From: an uncultured Planctomycetota bacterium
GTDB lineage: Bacteria; Planctomycetota; Planctomycetia; Isosphaerales; Isosphaeraceae
DNA: 64,000 nucleotides
Assembly: GCA_963845755.1 (NCBI GenBank)
Contig: CAWJTV010000001.1
Span: forward strand, 192,001-256,000
Direction: 5' to 3'
This document shows positions 46,725 to 58,162 of this stretch, piece by piece. The translations under genes were made by a program, and so were the position numbers. How positions within the stretch are numbered: the stretch's first letter is position 1; every line of letters starts with the position of its first letter. Below the pieces are notes generated by a model. It searched no databases. It was not told the DNA's origin and saw only the letters and a program-made list of their open reading frames with translations.

Positions 46725-48174
46725 ATGATCGTCACAGCCAGGTACCACGTAGTGGAGCGATTCGTGGCGTTGGCCCTGGCCCTGGGCCTGCCGGCACAAC
46801 AGGCCGTCATGAGTCCTCACGAGGAGGCAGGGGTCGGTGCGGCCGGGACGATCGGGCGGGGCACGATCCCCGAAGAGCGGCCCGGCCGCTCTGATCTCCG
46901 TGCGGTCCTCCCCCGCATCGGTGACTTATGACCGCGCGGCGCAGGTTGTGGCGCCGCCGGTCAACGTCACCGTGGCCCCATCCCGACCCGTCGCCCCGGT
47001 CGCTCCTGACGATCGCCCTCAAGTCCGGGCCGTGGGAGTCATCGCGAACGAACCGGCACTCGTGCGGAACGATCCCTACCGGCGGTATCATCGGGGTTGG
47101 CTGCATGGCTACTGGAACGCCCATCGTTCCAGCCCCCTCGCGGGGCGCCCTGCCGGCGATGGATCGGGATTCGCGCCCCGAGGAGAAGTCGTCCCGCGCC
47201 TGGTGTCGCGCCCGGGGATGGGACGGGGCTGGGGACTGGCCGCCTGGCTCATTGGTCCGATGGTCTACGACTGGGGATACTTCGACTTCACCAATCCCTT
47301 CAATGACGTTGCGGCTCCGGTCGATCCTGGCAGGCGGGATCCCTTTGATTATTCCCACCCGGTGAATGTCGTGGCCGAACCACCGGGCGAGGCGCTGTTC
47401 CACCAGGCTCTCGAACGCTTCCACGAGGCGCGCACGGCGTTTCGGCGGGAGGACTTTATCCAGGCCCTGAAACTCACCGACGCGACCTTGCGAATGGTGC
47501 CGAACGATCCGGCGTTGCACGAGTTTCGAGCCTTGAACCTGCTGGCGCTCCATCGCTACCGCGAGGCGGCCTCGGTCCTCCATGCTGTGATCGCCGTCGT
47601 ACCCGGCTGGGACTGGACGACCTTGACTAATCTCTACGATCACCCGGAAACCTACACGCGACAACTCCGGATCCTCGAGACCTTCGCCGAGGAGAATCCC
47701 CGTTCGGCTGCCGCGCGGTTCCTGCTCGCCTGCCAGTATTTCACCACCGGATACGACGATGCCGCGATCAGCCAACTGACGATCGTCCATGCCCTCCAGC
47801 CCAACAACCAACTGGTCGCTCGCTTGATCCAGGAATTCCGCCCTTCGAGACCGAACAATCCCCTGTACGCGGTTGCCGTGGCCGGGACGACAGGAGTGCT
47901 CGACGGAACCTGGACCTCCCATCCCCGAAACGACACGACCATCACCCTCACCTTCCAACCCCGCGGACGCCTGGTCTGCGAAGTCAACCGGCGGGGCCAG
48001 ATCCGCAAGTATGAAGGGGATTGCGTCTCCGACGAGGGTACCTTGACGCTCAGTCGGGAGCAGGGTGAATCCATGGTGGGCGACATCATCTGGAGCGGCG
48101 ATCACCAGTTCACCTTCAAGATCCTGGAAGGCCAGCCGGCCGACCCGGGACTTTCGTTCGCGAAATCCTCGTGA
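46725..48174 (+). CDS. Secreted TPR-containing protein; probable N-terminal frameshift
   Basis: GGAGG RBS and a signal-like start at 46725. ORF 46837..48174 has a W/G/Y-rich region followed by TPR-like PNDPALHEFRALNLLAL...PGWDW. Confidence 0.7.
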
Positions 48175-48332
48175 ACAGATGGTTGAGACCACAATCTCCG
48201 GCTAAACTGGGATGACGTTTCATTGCCTGCGATGCAGGCTGTCACGCAGACCCCGCAAGAACGGGGATTGGCCCCGTCGAGACACCGAACCCTCCCTGTC
48301 ATCGGGAGGTTTTTATTATTTGAAGCGAAATT

Positions 48333-49340
48333 ATGTTCGATTTCGTCCATGAAGATGCGAATCCTGTCGCTATCAGCCTGACCGACCGCTCGGACCGTTG
48401 CCGGATCGAGGTAACGGGGCCGGACCGGGCCAAGTTCCTGCACAACCTGACCACGAATGACGTCAAGCGGCTGGCGGGGGGACGAGGCTGCGAGGCGTTC
48501 GTCACCAGTCCGCAGGGCAAGACCATTGGCTACGTGATCATCCTGGCCTCCGAAGACCGGATCATCGTGCGTTCCGACCCCGGTGGCATGGTGCTGGCTT
48601 TGCCCCATTTTCACAAGTACGGGCTCTTCGACGATGTCGCGATCGTCAACCGGACGAGTGAGACGTTCGAGCTCCTCCTCGTCGGCGCCGGGGCGGACCT
48701 GCTGGTCCGTCGCGCCGGCGGTCCAGTGCCCGAACTCACGGAATATGCGCATGTCCCGGCCGAAGTGGGTGGGTGCGCCGTTCGGGTGATTCGCGAATCG
48801 CCGGCCGGATTTCCGGGCCTGACGTTGATCGGCGATCGTCCGGACGGCGCCAGAGTCGTCGAGGCCCTCGGGGCCGTCGGTCAACCTGGAGAATTGACCG
48901 AACTCGACCCCTCGGCATTCGAGTCGCTGAGGATCAAGGCTGGAACTCCGGTCTTCGGCAAGGACATCACCGAGAAGAACCTCCCGCAGGAGATCGGCCG
49001 GGACGCGCGGGCGATCAGTTTCGTCAAGGGATGCTACCTGGGCCAGGAGACCGTCGCGCGGATCGATGCGCTGGGGCACGTCAATCAGGTCCTCAAGGGG
49101 CTCGCGTTCGAGCCGGGAGCGACCTGTCCGGTTCCCGGTTCCGCCCTGGAATCCGAGGGGAAGTGCGTGGGCGCGATCACCTCGGCCGCGCCTTCGCCGG
49201 GCCGAGGACACCCGGTGGCCCTGGGCCTGATCCGGACCAGCCATGCGCGGGCCGGGACTCCCCTGCGGGTCGAGATCGCCCCGGACCTCGAACCGGTCGT
49301 CGCGACTGTCAGCGATCTCCCCTTCCCGAGTCTCGATTGA
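48333..49340 (+). CDS. ygfZ: YgfZ/GcvT-family folate-binding protein
   Basis: Signature KGCYLGQE, plus GPDRAKFLHNLTTND. Confidence 0.88.
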   Translation: MFDFVHEDANPVAISLTDRSDRCRIEVTGPDRAKFLHNLTTNDVKRLAGGRGCEAFVTSPQGKTIGYVIILASEDRIIVRSDPGGMVLALPHFHKYGLFDDVAIVNRTSETFELLLVGAGADLLVRRAGGPVPELTEYAHVPAEVGGCAVRVIRESPAGFPGLTLIGDRPDGARVVEALGAVGQPGELTELDPSAFESLRIKAGTPVFGKDITEKNLPQEIGRDARAISFVKGCYLGQETVARIDALGHVNQVLKGLAFEPGATCPVPGSALESEGKCVGAITSAAPSPGRGHPVALGLIRTSHARAGTPLRVEIAPDLEPVVATVSDLPFPSLD

Positions 49341-49421
49341 TACGACGCCTGTTCCGGTTATCCCGGCCGGATCACCAATCTTTTGCCGCGGTCCGCGGTG
49401 CACCGAGGTATCATCCCAGGC

Positions 49422-51871
49422 ATGCGCCATCCCCGCTACGTCTGCATCCACGGTCACTTCTATCAGCCTCCGCGCGAGAATCCCTGGCTGAACGTGGTGG
49501 AGGTCGAGGACTCGGCCGCACCATTCCACGATTGGAATGAGCGGATCACGCGCGAATGTTACGCCCCGAATACCCGATCGCGGCTCCTCGACGGCCAGGG
49601 CCGGATCACCCATCTGTTGAACAACTACGCCTGGATCAGCTTCAATTTCGGCCCGACGCTCCTCCAGTGGATGGCCGAGGCGGCCCCAGAGGCTTATCAG
49701 GGGATCATCGAGGCCGACCGACTGAGCCGGGAACGGCGGAGTGGTCACGGCAATGCCCTGGCACAAAATTTCAATCATACGATCATGCCGTTGGCCAGCC
49801 GTCACGACAAGGAGACGCAGGTGGTCTGGGGGATCGCCGACTTCCGCCGGCGATTCGAGCGCAATCCCGAAGGGATGTGGCTGGCGGAGACGGCCGTGGA
49901 CGTCGAAACCCTCGAGGTACTGGCCGAGGCGGGGATCCGGTTCACGATCCTGGCACCTCGGCAGGCCAAGCGGTGGCGGAAGTTGGGCACGAAGACCTGG
50001 GAGGCGATCCCCGACGGGATCGACCCGTCGCGCGCCTATCTCTGCCGCCTCACCTCCGGGCGATCGATCGTGCTGTTCTTCTACGACGCCATTGTTTCGC
50101 GCTACGTCGCGTTCGAGCGGCTGCTGGACAGCGGCGAGCGGTTCCTCGATCGGCTGTTCCAGGGATTCGACGACGACCGCGAGCACGCCCAGTTGATGCA
50201 CATCGCGACCGATGGCGAATCGTACGGGCATCATCATCCGCATGGGGACATGGCCCTGGCTTACGCGCTGGATCGCCTGGCCCGGCACCCCGACGTTCGC
50301 CTGACCAACTACGGCGAATTCCTGGAGCTGCATCCCCCGGAGTGGGAGGTGGAGATCCACGAGAACAGCTCCTGGAGCTGCGCCATGGCGTCGAGCGCTG
50401 GCGTTCCGACTGCGGATGCCGGTTCCGCGGCGACTGGCGGCAGGCCTGGCGGGAGCCGCTCCGCCGCGCGCTCGACGGCCTCAAGACGCAGCTCGATCAC
50501 CTCTTCGGAACCCGCGGCCGCGAGTGTTTTCCCAACCCCTGGGTCGTGCGCAATGCCTACATCCAGGTCATCCTCGACTTCGACCGCGACCGCGACGCGA
50601 CGATCTCCGCATTCCTCTCGGAGCATGGCCATCCCGACCTGGACGCCGTCCAGGTTACCGACGCCTTGCGCCTGCTCGAGATGCAGCAGGACGCGATGCT
50701 GATGTTCACGTCGTGTGGCTGGTTCCACGACGAGCTCAGCGGGATCGAGACGGTCCAGTGCCTGCAATATGCCGCCAGGGCGATCCATCTGGCCAAGCGG
50801 TTCCACCGCGACTTCGAGCCCGAGTTCGTCGCGGCGCTCCAGGAGGCGCCGAGCAACGTGGCGAAGTATCGGGATGGGCGTGGAGTCTGGGAACAGCTCG
50901 TCCGGCCGAGCGTCGTCGATCTCGACCGCGTGCTGGCGCACCATGCCATCAGCCTCGTCTACGGACTTCACGGCGAGGAGCGGAGGCAGCGCGTGTATTC
51001 CTTCGACCTCGAGACGATCGAGCACGAGGTCCGCAGGCGCGGCCCGGGTCACCTGGCCATCGGCCGCCTGCGCGTCCGATCCCGACGGACCTGGAACCAG
51101 GCCGAAGCCCGGTTCGTGGTCCTCCACTTCGGCGGCCTGGATTTCCATGCCCTGCTCAGCCAGGGGACCGAGGCCGACGCCTCCGACGCCTTCGAGGCGT
51201 TCCAGGTGGAATTGCTCGAGACCTACCGGTCCGGCTCGATGGCCGACGTCACCACCCTGGTGAGCCGGCAATTCCCCGGCCGCGCACACCGCCTCGACGA
51301 CCTCTTTCGCGACGAGCAGCGCCGGATCATCGGCATCATCCTGGAAGATCGGTTTGCGGACTATCAACGGTCGTTCGAACGGCTCGCCAACCAGGACGAG
51401 GAGATGCTCAATCGGCTCGGGCAGTTGAGTTACCCGTTCCCCAAGCCCCTCCACGCCACGGCCTCGGCCCATCTCGACGCGTGTCTTCACGAGGAGATCG
51501 CCCGACTGGTCCGGGGCGAGGTCGTCTCTCTCGATGCCATCGAACGGCTCTGCGAGCGCGGGCGAGCCTGGGGATATCAGCCCGAACGCGAGCTCCTCGA
51601 GAAGACGCTGTCCGAGTCGCTGCTCCGGACCCTCGAGGAGCTTCACCCCAGCGCCGATCTCGCCGGCATCACCAGCCGCGCCGAACAGCTCCTCGGCGCC
51701 GCCGGCCTCCTGGGACTCGAGCCAGACTTCTGGCAAATCCAGAACCGGCTCCTCAATGCGTTCGCCCGACTCACGGAATCCCGGGTGATGGATGCGCCGC
51801 TCCAGGCAGCCTTCTCCAAGCTCGCCGACGGCCTGAAAGTCAACCAGGACCTCCTGGGCTGGCGGCCGTGA
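49422..51871 (+). CDS. Glycoside hydrolase family 57 / DUF3536 protein; frameshift near 50383
   Basis: CIHGHFYQPPRENPW, EGMWLAET, ATDGESYGHH, SSWSC|HGVERW and MFTSCGWF. Confidence 0.88.
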
Positions 51872-52004
51872 ATCGCAGGGGCCCGTGGTCATAACAGACC
51901 GAGACCAGCCCGCGCGATCTCGCGAAATGCCCGCTGACGGCTGCCTGCCATGAAGTTGACCGTGTTCCCCGGATGGGGTACGATCAGCCACGAGGGGGTA
52001 TCTG

Positions 52005-52268
52005 ATGACCAAGACCAAAATGATTCGAGCCCGGGTGGACGCCAAGCTCAAGAACGATGCCGAATCCGTGCTGGAGAAGCTCGGCCTTACGGCGAGCGAT
52101 GCCATCCGCTTGTTCTATCGGCAAATCGCGTTGAGGAAAGGCCTTCCGTTCGATGTCAAGCTCCCGAACGCAGAAACGCGACGGGCGATGAAGGAACTCG
52201 ACGAAGGCAAGGACGTAACCCGATACGATCATTTCGACGACTTCCGCGAGGCGATGATGGGAGGCTGA
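52005..52268 (+). CDS. dinJ: Type II antitoxin, RelB/DinJ family
   Basis: IRARVDAKLK..AESVLEKLGLTASDAIRLF...GLPFDV..PNAET. Confidence 0.88.
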   Translation: MTKTKMIRARVDAKLKNDAESVLEKLGLTASDAIRLFYRQIALRKGLPFDVKLPNAETRRAMKELDEGKDVTRYDHFDDFREAMMGG

Positions 52269-52271
52269 CCC

Positions 52272-52565
52272 GTGGCCACGGGAGAAGGACCCCGCCATCG
52301 CGCCGTCGTCACTTCCAGTCAGTATGAGAAGGATGCCAGGCGAGTACGCTCGCAGGGCAAGGACATGGCCCGACTGGTGTCGATCGTCGATGCCTTGCGG
52401 AGCAACGTCCGTCTCAATCCTCGGCACCGCGACCATCCCCTCAAGGGGGATTGGGAAGAGTATCGAGAATGTCACATCAAGTCCGACTGGCTGCTGATCT
52501 ACCGGCTCGACGACCAGACGGTCTATCTCGCCAGGACAGGAACCCATTCCGACCTGTTTGGCTAG
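52272..52565 (+). CDS. yafQ: Type II toxin, YafQ family mRNA interferase
   Basis: RDHPLKGDW..YRECHIKSDWLLIY...RTGTHSDLF. Confidence 0.9.
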   Translation: MATGEGPRHRAVVTSSQYEKDARRVRSQGKDMARLVSIVDALRSNVRLNPRHRDHPLKGDWEEYRECHIKSDWLLIYRLDDQTVYLARTGTHSDLFG

Positions 52566-52596
52566 AACAGAAGGTATCACGGCCAGGAAGGCCCGA

Positions 52597-52848
52597 CTAC
52601 TCGACTCCCGAGAGCCCATCCTCGGGAATGCTGGCGATCTGGACGAATGAAGCGGGGCCTCGCGTCAGCCCCGGCTGTTCGAGGACGAGGACCCCATAGG
52701 GCGATTTGGGGTTGCGGCGCCCGGCCGTACCCCCGGCGACACGGCCCCGAACCACATAGGCACCCACGACGACCTGAACGAGCGGCTGATCGGTCCCTTG
52801 ACGGCGCCGGATCTCATCGATGATCGCTTGAAACTGGTCGTATGTCAT
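52597..52848 (-). CDS. Small hypothetical protein
   Basis: 83 aa with globular-looking composition (MTYDQFQAIIDEIRRRQG...) and a GAAGGG RBS-like sequence upstream. Confidence 0.55.
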   Translation of the reverse strand: MTYDQFQAIIDEIRRRQGTDQPLVQVVVGAYVVRGRVAGGTAGRRNPKSPYGVLVLEQPGLTRGPASFVQIASIPEDGLSGVE

Positions 52849-53269
52849 CACAAACCCTTCCTGGGTTATGGATTGCATCATTCCTCGGCCGATCCTTCGG
52901 CCTTCGGGAAGCTCGGCGCAACGTCAATCCTCGTGACCGTTCAGTCCCTCGAGCCATCGCCCGCGACACCCATCCCATCCGGTCGACCAGGCGGATTCTC
53001 AGTCATTCTCGGCGCGGGAGCCTGAGGGTCAAGACCGACTGTGACGCCAAGGGATGATCGGCGTTGACCCCTCGCCGGATTTATGCCAAAACTCGCGAGC
53101 CGCCGCGGCCGATCTGAGGAATGAGCGTTGCCAGGTCGGGTCGGCCCCGCCCGGCGGGACGGTCACGGTGGTTTTCGCGAACGCGATCCCCGGCTCGTAC
53201 AACCGCGCGAGGCGCTCGCAAAGATGCACCGCGCGGCGTCAGAAGCTCTTGCGATACGAGGAGTCGGTC

Positions 53270-54844
53270 ATGGGCGAGGTGCGGCCTCAGTCGGAGACGA
53301 TGCGCGCCGGGCTGATTCCTCATCGGTGGACCCGGGTGGATGACCCGGACTCGATCGCGGTCGTCAACGCGTATGAGGATATCATCGGGGGTGGAGGGCC
53401 GGCCGGACTGACCGCCGCCTACGAGCTGAGCAAGCACGGCCGGGCCTGCATCGTCCTCGAGGCCGACCCGCGGATGGTCGGCGGCATCAGCCGGACCGAT
53501 CAGTACAAGGGCTACCGGTTCGACATCGGCGGCCACCGATTCTTCTCCAAGAGTGACGAGGTCAACCGGCTCTGGCAGGAGATCCTGGGCGAGGAGTTCC
53601 TGACACGCGACCGCCTGAGCCGCATCTACTACAACCGCAAGTTCTTCCACTATCCCCTCAAGCCCCTCGACGCGCTCTGGAAGCTGGGATTCCTGCGGTC
53701 GTGCCGCATCGTGGCGAGCTACGCCAAGGCGCGGCTGGCCCCGATCCGGCCCGAGCGCAGCGTCGAGGATTGGGTCGTCAATCGCTTCGGACGCGAACTC
53801 TTCGAGATCTTCTTCAAGTCGTACACCGAGAAAGTCTGGGGGATGCCCACCCACACGATCCGGGCGGACTGGGCCGCGCAGCGGATCAAGGACTTGAGCC
53901 TCGTCCGTGCCGTGACATCGGCCCTCTTCCGTCGCTGGTCATCGAGACGGGGCGAGGTGATCAAGACCCTGATCGATCGGTTCCAGTATCCCCGGCTCGG
54001 GCCGGGGCAGATGTGGGAAGTGGCCCGCGACCGGATCCGCGACCAGGGTGGTACGGTCCAGCTCGATCGCCGCGTGGTGCGAGTCGAACACAACGGGTCG
54101 TCGGTGACCGCATTCCTGACCCGTGACGCCGCCGGCCGCCTCACGCGCTACCTCGGCCGCCACTTCTTGTCGAGCCTTCCCATTCGCGAGCTGATCCGGG
54201 CCATGGACCCGCCGGCGCCGACCGAGGTGATCCAGGCCGCCGAGTCGCTCAAGTACCGAGACTTCCTCACGGTCGTCCTGATCGTCGACCGCGCCGAGAC
54301 CTTCCCGGACAACTGGATCTATATCCACGAGCCGGGGGTGAAGTTGGGACGGGTCCAGAACTTCAAGAACTGGTCACCCGACCTCGTTCCCGACCCCAGC
54401 AAGACCAGCCTGGGCCTGGAATACTTCTGCTTCGAAGGCGATGACGTGTGGACCATGCCCGACGCCGACCTCGTCGCCTTGGGCCGCCGGGAGATCGCAG
54501 AGATCGGCCTGGCCTCGGCTTCCGAAGTCATCGACGGCTGCGTGGTGCGCATGCCCAAGGCTTACCCCGTCTACGACGACCAGTACCAGGACCACCTGGC
54601 GGTCATCCGCGGCTGGCTCCGGTCGCTCTCCAACCTCGAGCTGGCCGGCCGCAACGGCATGCATAAATATAACAACCAGGATCACTCGATGATGACCGCA
54701 CTCCTGGCCGCCCGGAACATCCTGGGGTTCGGGAAGTTCGACACCTGGAACGTCAACACCGACGCCGAGTATCACGAAGGAGCCGTCGAGGACGAGACCG
54801 CGAAACGGGCGGGACGAGCCGTGCCGGAACGGATCCAGGCGTAG
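53270..54844 (+). CDS. NAD(P)/FAD-dependent oxidoreductase (protoporphyrinogen oxidase/UDP-galactopyranose mutase-like fold)
   Basis: GGGPAGLTAAY, VGGISRT, FDIGGHRFFSK and GRNGMHKYNNQDHSM. Start uncertain. Confidence 0.85.
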   Translation: MGEVRPQSETMRAGLIPHRWTRVDDPDSIAVVNAYEDIIGGGGPAGLTAAYELSKHGRACIVLEADPRMVGGISRTDQYKGYRFDIGGHRFFSKSDEVNRLWQEILGEEFLTRDRLSRIYYNRKFFHYPLKPLDALWKLGFLRSCRIVASYAKARLAPIRPERSVEDWVVNRFGRELFEIFFKSYTEKVWGMPTHTIRADWAAQRIKDLSLVRAVTSALFRRWSSRRGEVIKTLIDRFQYPRLGPGQMWEVARDRIRDQGGTVQLDRRVVRVEHNGSSVTAFLTRDAAGRLTRYLGRHFLSSLPIRELIRAMDPPAPTEVIQAAESLKYRDFLTVVLIVDRAETFPDNWIYIHEPGVKLGRVQNFKNWSPDLVPDPSKTSLGLEYFCFEGDDVWTMPDADLVALGRREIAEIGLASASEVIDGCVVRMPKAYPVYDDQYQDHLAVIRGWLRSLSNLELAGRNGMHKYNNQDHSMMTALLAARNILGFGKFDTWNVNTDAEYHEGAVEDETAKRAGRAVPERIQA

Positions 54845-54937
54845 CCCGAACTCTGCGGACCTTCCCAACGGCCCCCTCTCAGGCGCGGGCGTGCGGGACT
54901 GAACATCGTCGAGAGAGGATACCCGAAGACCGGCCGA

Positions 54938-57175
54938 TCAGAAGAAGACCTGGAATCGCAGCCAGTAGAGGTCGGCGGTCGAGGAAAACTTGCCGGGGGC
55001 CATCGAGACGGGATTGCCGAATTCGGAATGCTGCCAGTCGAGGTAGACTCGCAGATAGAAGTTGAGGTACCAGTTCAGGCCGACGTCGGTCGCCCAGACG
55101 TGGTTGGTCCAGAGGTTGGGGTCCGCGAACCCGGACGTGAAGATGTTGCGGCCGATGTTCAGGTTGCTGTAACGGGCATAGACCTCGACGGCTCCGGGGC
55201 TGAACGCGCCCTTCCCCGTCAAGAAATCGAAGTTGAAATCGCGGAGCGGCTTGACCATGTTGACCCGGCGCGTGACCTGCTCGCCCGTGAGAAAATACGA
55301 TGCCGTGAATTCGGTGCCGCTCATGTTGACCGGGGTCGACGTATTCCCATTCGCGATGCCGTATCCCGACCGAAGGCCTCCGTATTCGGCCATGAGGAAT
55401 AAGCTCTTGTAATACCAGACGAGGTGACCACCCCACTGCACGCGCTCGCCGAGTTCGATCACGTTGTTGTTCAGGTGGAGGAAGGTGGGAGAAAGGCTGG
55501 TGGCGTTGTTCGGGGTCTGGTCGTTGGCGGTCTCGAAGTAAACCGGCTGGGGAGGACTGTTGTTCTGGTAGCCCACATCCCACGACCCGCCGATGTTGAA
55601 ATAGTTGAGGGCCTTGAACCGCTCCGAATTCAGGAAGGGCCGAATCGTGACATTGCCGATGATGTCCTTCGCGCTGTTCAAATCCTGGAATGAGCGGCGC
55701 GGCCCATTATAAAGGCCCGTCGCATAACTGACCCGCGAGTCGAAGAGCTCTCCGAGAAACATGAACCCCATCTGACGATTGAGGGCGAGGTTTCCCGCGA
55801 ATAGCGATCGTTCGGGCGCGATCAAGTCACCCTCAGCGATTGAGAAATATTCATATAAATACGGTGTCTTCATGCGACCGACTCGGAGCCGGAGCTTGTC
55901 GCTGAACCGGAGGGTGATGAAGGCATCGAGCAGGTCGAGGGAGCCGTAACCCCGGTTGATGACCGTGTAGAATCCCACGTTCTTGGTCAGGTTGCCCACG
56001 AAGTACCAGCGTTGACGTGGGATGAAGAACTGATCGTTGAGGACGCCGAGGTCTCGGTTGTCGAAGCCTCGGAACTCGGCCTGGGTCAGGTTGTGGAACT
56101 GGAGCAGGAATTCCTTGTCGTCGGATTCGAACTCGAGACCCTCGCCGAAGGCAAAATGGCCCTTGTGTTTCACGGGGCCCTGATTCACCCGAGACTTCTC
56201 CTCGGCCTCGCCTTCCTTGCCCTCGGCGCCGGCGGTCGCCTCGCTGACGGCAGCCGGCTGTTGCCTCGGGGAAGTTCGCCCGCCGGTGCCCTCCGCACCA
56301 GCTCCGATCCGGTCCATGCGGGACATGGTCGAGCGGCTCTCTTCGGCGGGCTGGGTCCGCGGCATGGTCGGTGTGGGACCGGTACCGCGGCCGATTTCGC
56401 CCTCTGCGCCTGCCGGGGGGGTGGCCGGCTGTTGACGTGGGTTGGTGCGCCCGCCGGTCCCCTCCGCTCCCGCGGGGGGTTGGGCGAAACTGGGATCGGC
56501 GGGCGGCACGGCAACCGCCTCTGCGCCCCCGTTCATCTCCGCACCGAGCGGTTCAGGTAAGTCGGAGATGGGATCGGCCACGACTTGGTTGCCCCCGGGC
56601 GTGTTCGCGATGCTCCCGTTCGCCGTGGTGCGACTGACCCGTTGCGCCCGGTTTCGCGCGACCACTCCCCGGGCTCCTTGGGTCGTCGTCATCTTCCGCG
56701 ACAGATCGTCGTATTTGCGGAGGAGCGCCTTGTATTGGCCCTGGATCTCGCGATGATTCTCTTCCAATCTCAGAAAGGCCTCTTCCATCCGACGGAACCG
56801 GTCTTCGAGGTTCGCATCGGCCGGCACGACGGGTTTCGAGCCCGTTGTCGCCGGTTGCGACATCGCACCGCTCACCGGTGAAGGAATCCGTCGATCGCGC
56901 GGGGTGTCGCTAACTTTCGGAGCAGTCGCCGTCGCTTGAGGCTTGGTGCCCTTGGTGGTTCCAGGCGACCCTCCCGTTTTCGGACGAGCCGTTTCCTCGC
57001 GAGGTTTGGAAGCAGTTGCGGGTTCCTGGACTTTGGGGGGCGGAGAGTTAAAAGGCGAAGGATCAGTTGGCGGCGGACTTTGGGCATATACGACTGCGGT
57101 CCAGCCCAGGACGAGACCAGTCAGAAGACCAATGCTCTTCCCGCGAATAAGGGGACAACACCGCATCCAATTCAT
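54938..57175 (-). CDS. OprO/OprP-like porin with a long N-terminal extension
   Basis: Signal peptide (VVYA-Q), a coiled coil and a low-complexity region, then a barrel with ASYFLTGE and VGLNWYLN, ending in Phe. Confidence 0.8.
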   Translation of the reverse strand: MNWMRCCPLIRGKSIGLLTGLVLGWTAVVYAQSPPPTDPSPFNSPPPKVQEPATASKPREETARPKTGGSPGTTKGTKPQATATAPKVSDTPRDRRIPSPVSGAMSQPATTGSKPVVPADANLEDRFRRMEEAFLRLEENHREIQGQYKALLRKYDDLSRKMTTTQGARGVVARNRAQRVSRTTANGSIANTPGGNQVVADPISDLPEPLGAEMNGGAEAVAVPPADPSFAQPPAGAEGTGGRTNPRQQPATPPAGAEGEIGRGTGPTPTMPRTQPAEESRSTMSRMDRIGAGAEGTGGRTSPRQQPAAVSEATAGAEGKEGEAEEKSRVNQGPVKHKGHFAFGEGLEFESDDKEFLLQFHNLTQAEFRGFDNRDLGVLNDQFFIPRQRWYFVGNLTKNVGFYTVINRGYGSLDLLDAFITLRFSDKLRLRVGRMKTPYLYEYFSIAEGDLIAPERSLFAGNLALNRQMGFMFLGELFDSRVSYATGLYNGPRRSFQDLNSAKDIIGNVTIRPFLNSERFKALNYFNIGGSWDVGYQNNSPPQPVYFETANDQTPNNATSLSPTFLHLNNNVIELGERVQWGGHLVWYYKSLFLMAEYGGLRSGYGIANGNTSTPVNMSGTEFTASYFLTGEQVTRRVNMVKPLRDFNFDFLTGKGAFSPGAVEVYARYSNLNIGRNIFTSGFADPNLWTNHVWATDVGLNWYLNFYLRVYLDWQHSEFGNPVSMAPGKFSSTADLYWLRFQVFF

Positions 57176-57267
57176 CCGCTCAGCCTTTCGCAAGGTTGAT
57201 GGGTCCCGAAGCCTAAAGGTGGGAAAAACCGTGGCTCTTCGTCCCAAATTGGTGAAGGACCTCGCGT

Positions 57268-57326
57268 GTGGGCTGGGTACAACCCACCATAACCCCAAGT
57301 CGGACTGTGGGTTGTACCCAGCCTAC
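57268..57326. repeat. GTRG-type REP doublet
   Basis: GTGGGCTGGGTACAACCCAC / GTGGGTTGTACCCAGCCTAC, a 19/20 inverted match. Confidence 0.7.
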
Positions 57327-57560
57327 AAACCCGCTGGCGGGGGCCATTACCAACCTCGGCTCATGAGCCCAAATCGCTTGATATACATGCACGATATCAC
57401 TCGACGGAGAAATGAATCTGCTTTCCTCCCCCTTCGATCGGCATCGTCATCGAACCGACTTGATAGAATTTTCCGATTCCGTGGATTCTTCGGACTGGAC
57501 AATCCCTCGAGAAGCCCGGATTGCGGCCTGACCGTTCGGAGGAACCGTTGCCTTCGAGAT

Positions 57561-57677
57561 ATACCGCACGCGGTCAGAAATGAGACATTCCATACCAACC
57601 CGAAGTGTAAACGAGGCAACGGTTTGACGCCCTCGCTCACGCATCGGGTTAGTGTCCCCAGAGGCCACGTGCAGTAT
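57561..57677. repeat. Short MITE/REP-like cassette
   Basis: Ends ATACCGCACGCGG / CCACGTGCAGTAT (11/13 inverted match). Inner inverted pair AACCCGAAGTGTAAACGAGG / CCTCGCTCACGCATCGGGTT. Confidence 0.55.
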
Positions 57678-58162
57678 GATCCCCGATTCTGACAACGACA
57701 CCCCTTCATCCGGGACACAGGCTTGTCACTCGTACGCGGTCCGGACGAACCGAGAACGGTGTCCATGACGTATGATCTCCGCAGCAACGTTAGTGGTGAG
57801 CCGTCTCGTAGTGGGTCGGTTGGTGTGGGTCCGGGCGATCGGGATTGGTCTTCGATGGATTCCGGATCTTCTTCGGCGACGGGACCTTGGATTGTCCCTG
57901 TCCCTATCGACGGGAATCGAGCCATGGGTCTCACGCCAAGAATCGCGACGGTCGGGGGGTTTGCGACTGGAAGACGCATCGGCCCATTCCACGCCTCCTC
58001 AACTGCGAGAAACCCCATTGCGGTCTTCCCAAAGGTAGGGGAGTGTGGTTATAATTACCGGATTTGATGTCTCGTATTGCCTTCGGGACCAGTCTGGCTC
58101 GTTTGAGCTGAGTCAGGGATGGGGTTAGACGACGTCCCGTTGTGAAACAGGAGAATCAGGCG

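Noticed and set aside
57347..58018. ORF upstream of the OprO/P porin containing KGCRC, as a possible fourth PLRC-type leader
   Set aside because: It lacks the PLRC-stop ending and a clear N-terminal TM segment, and it reads through a repeat element.
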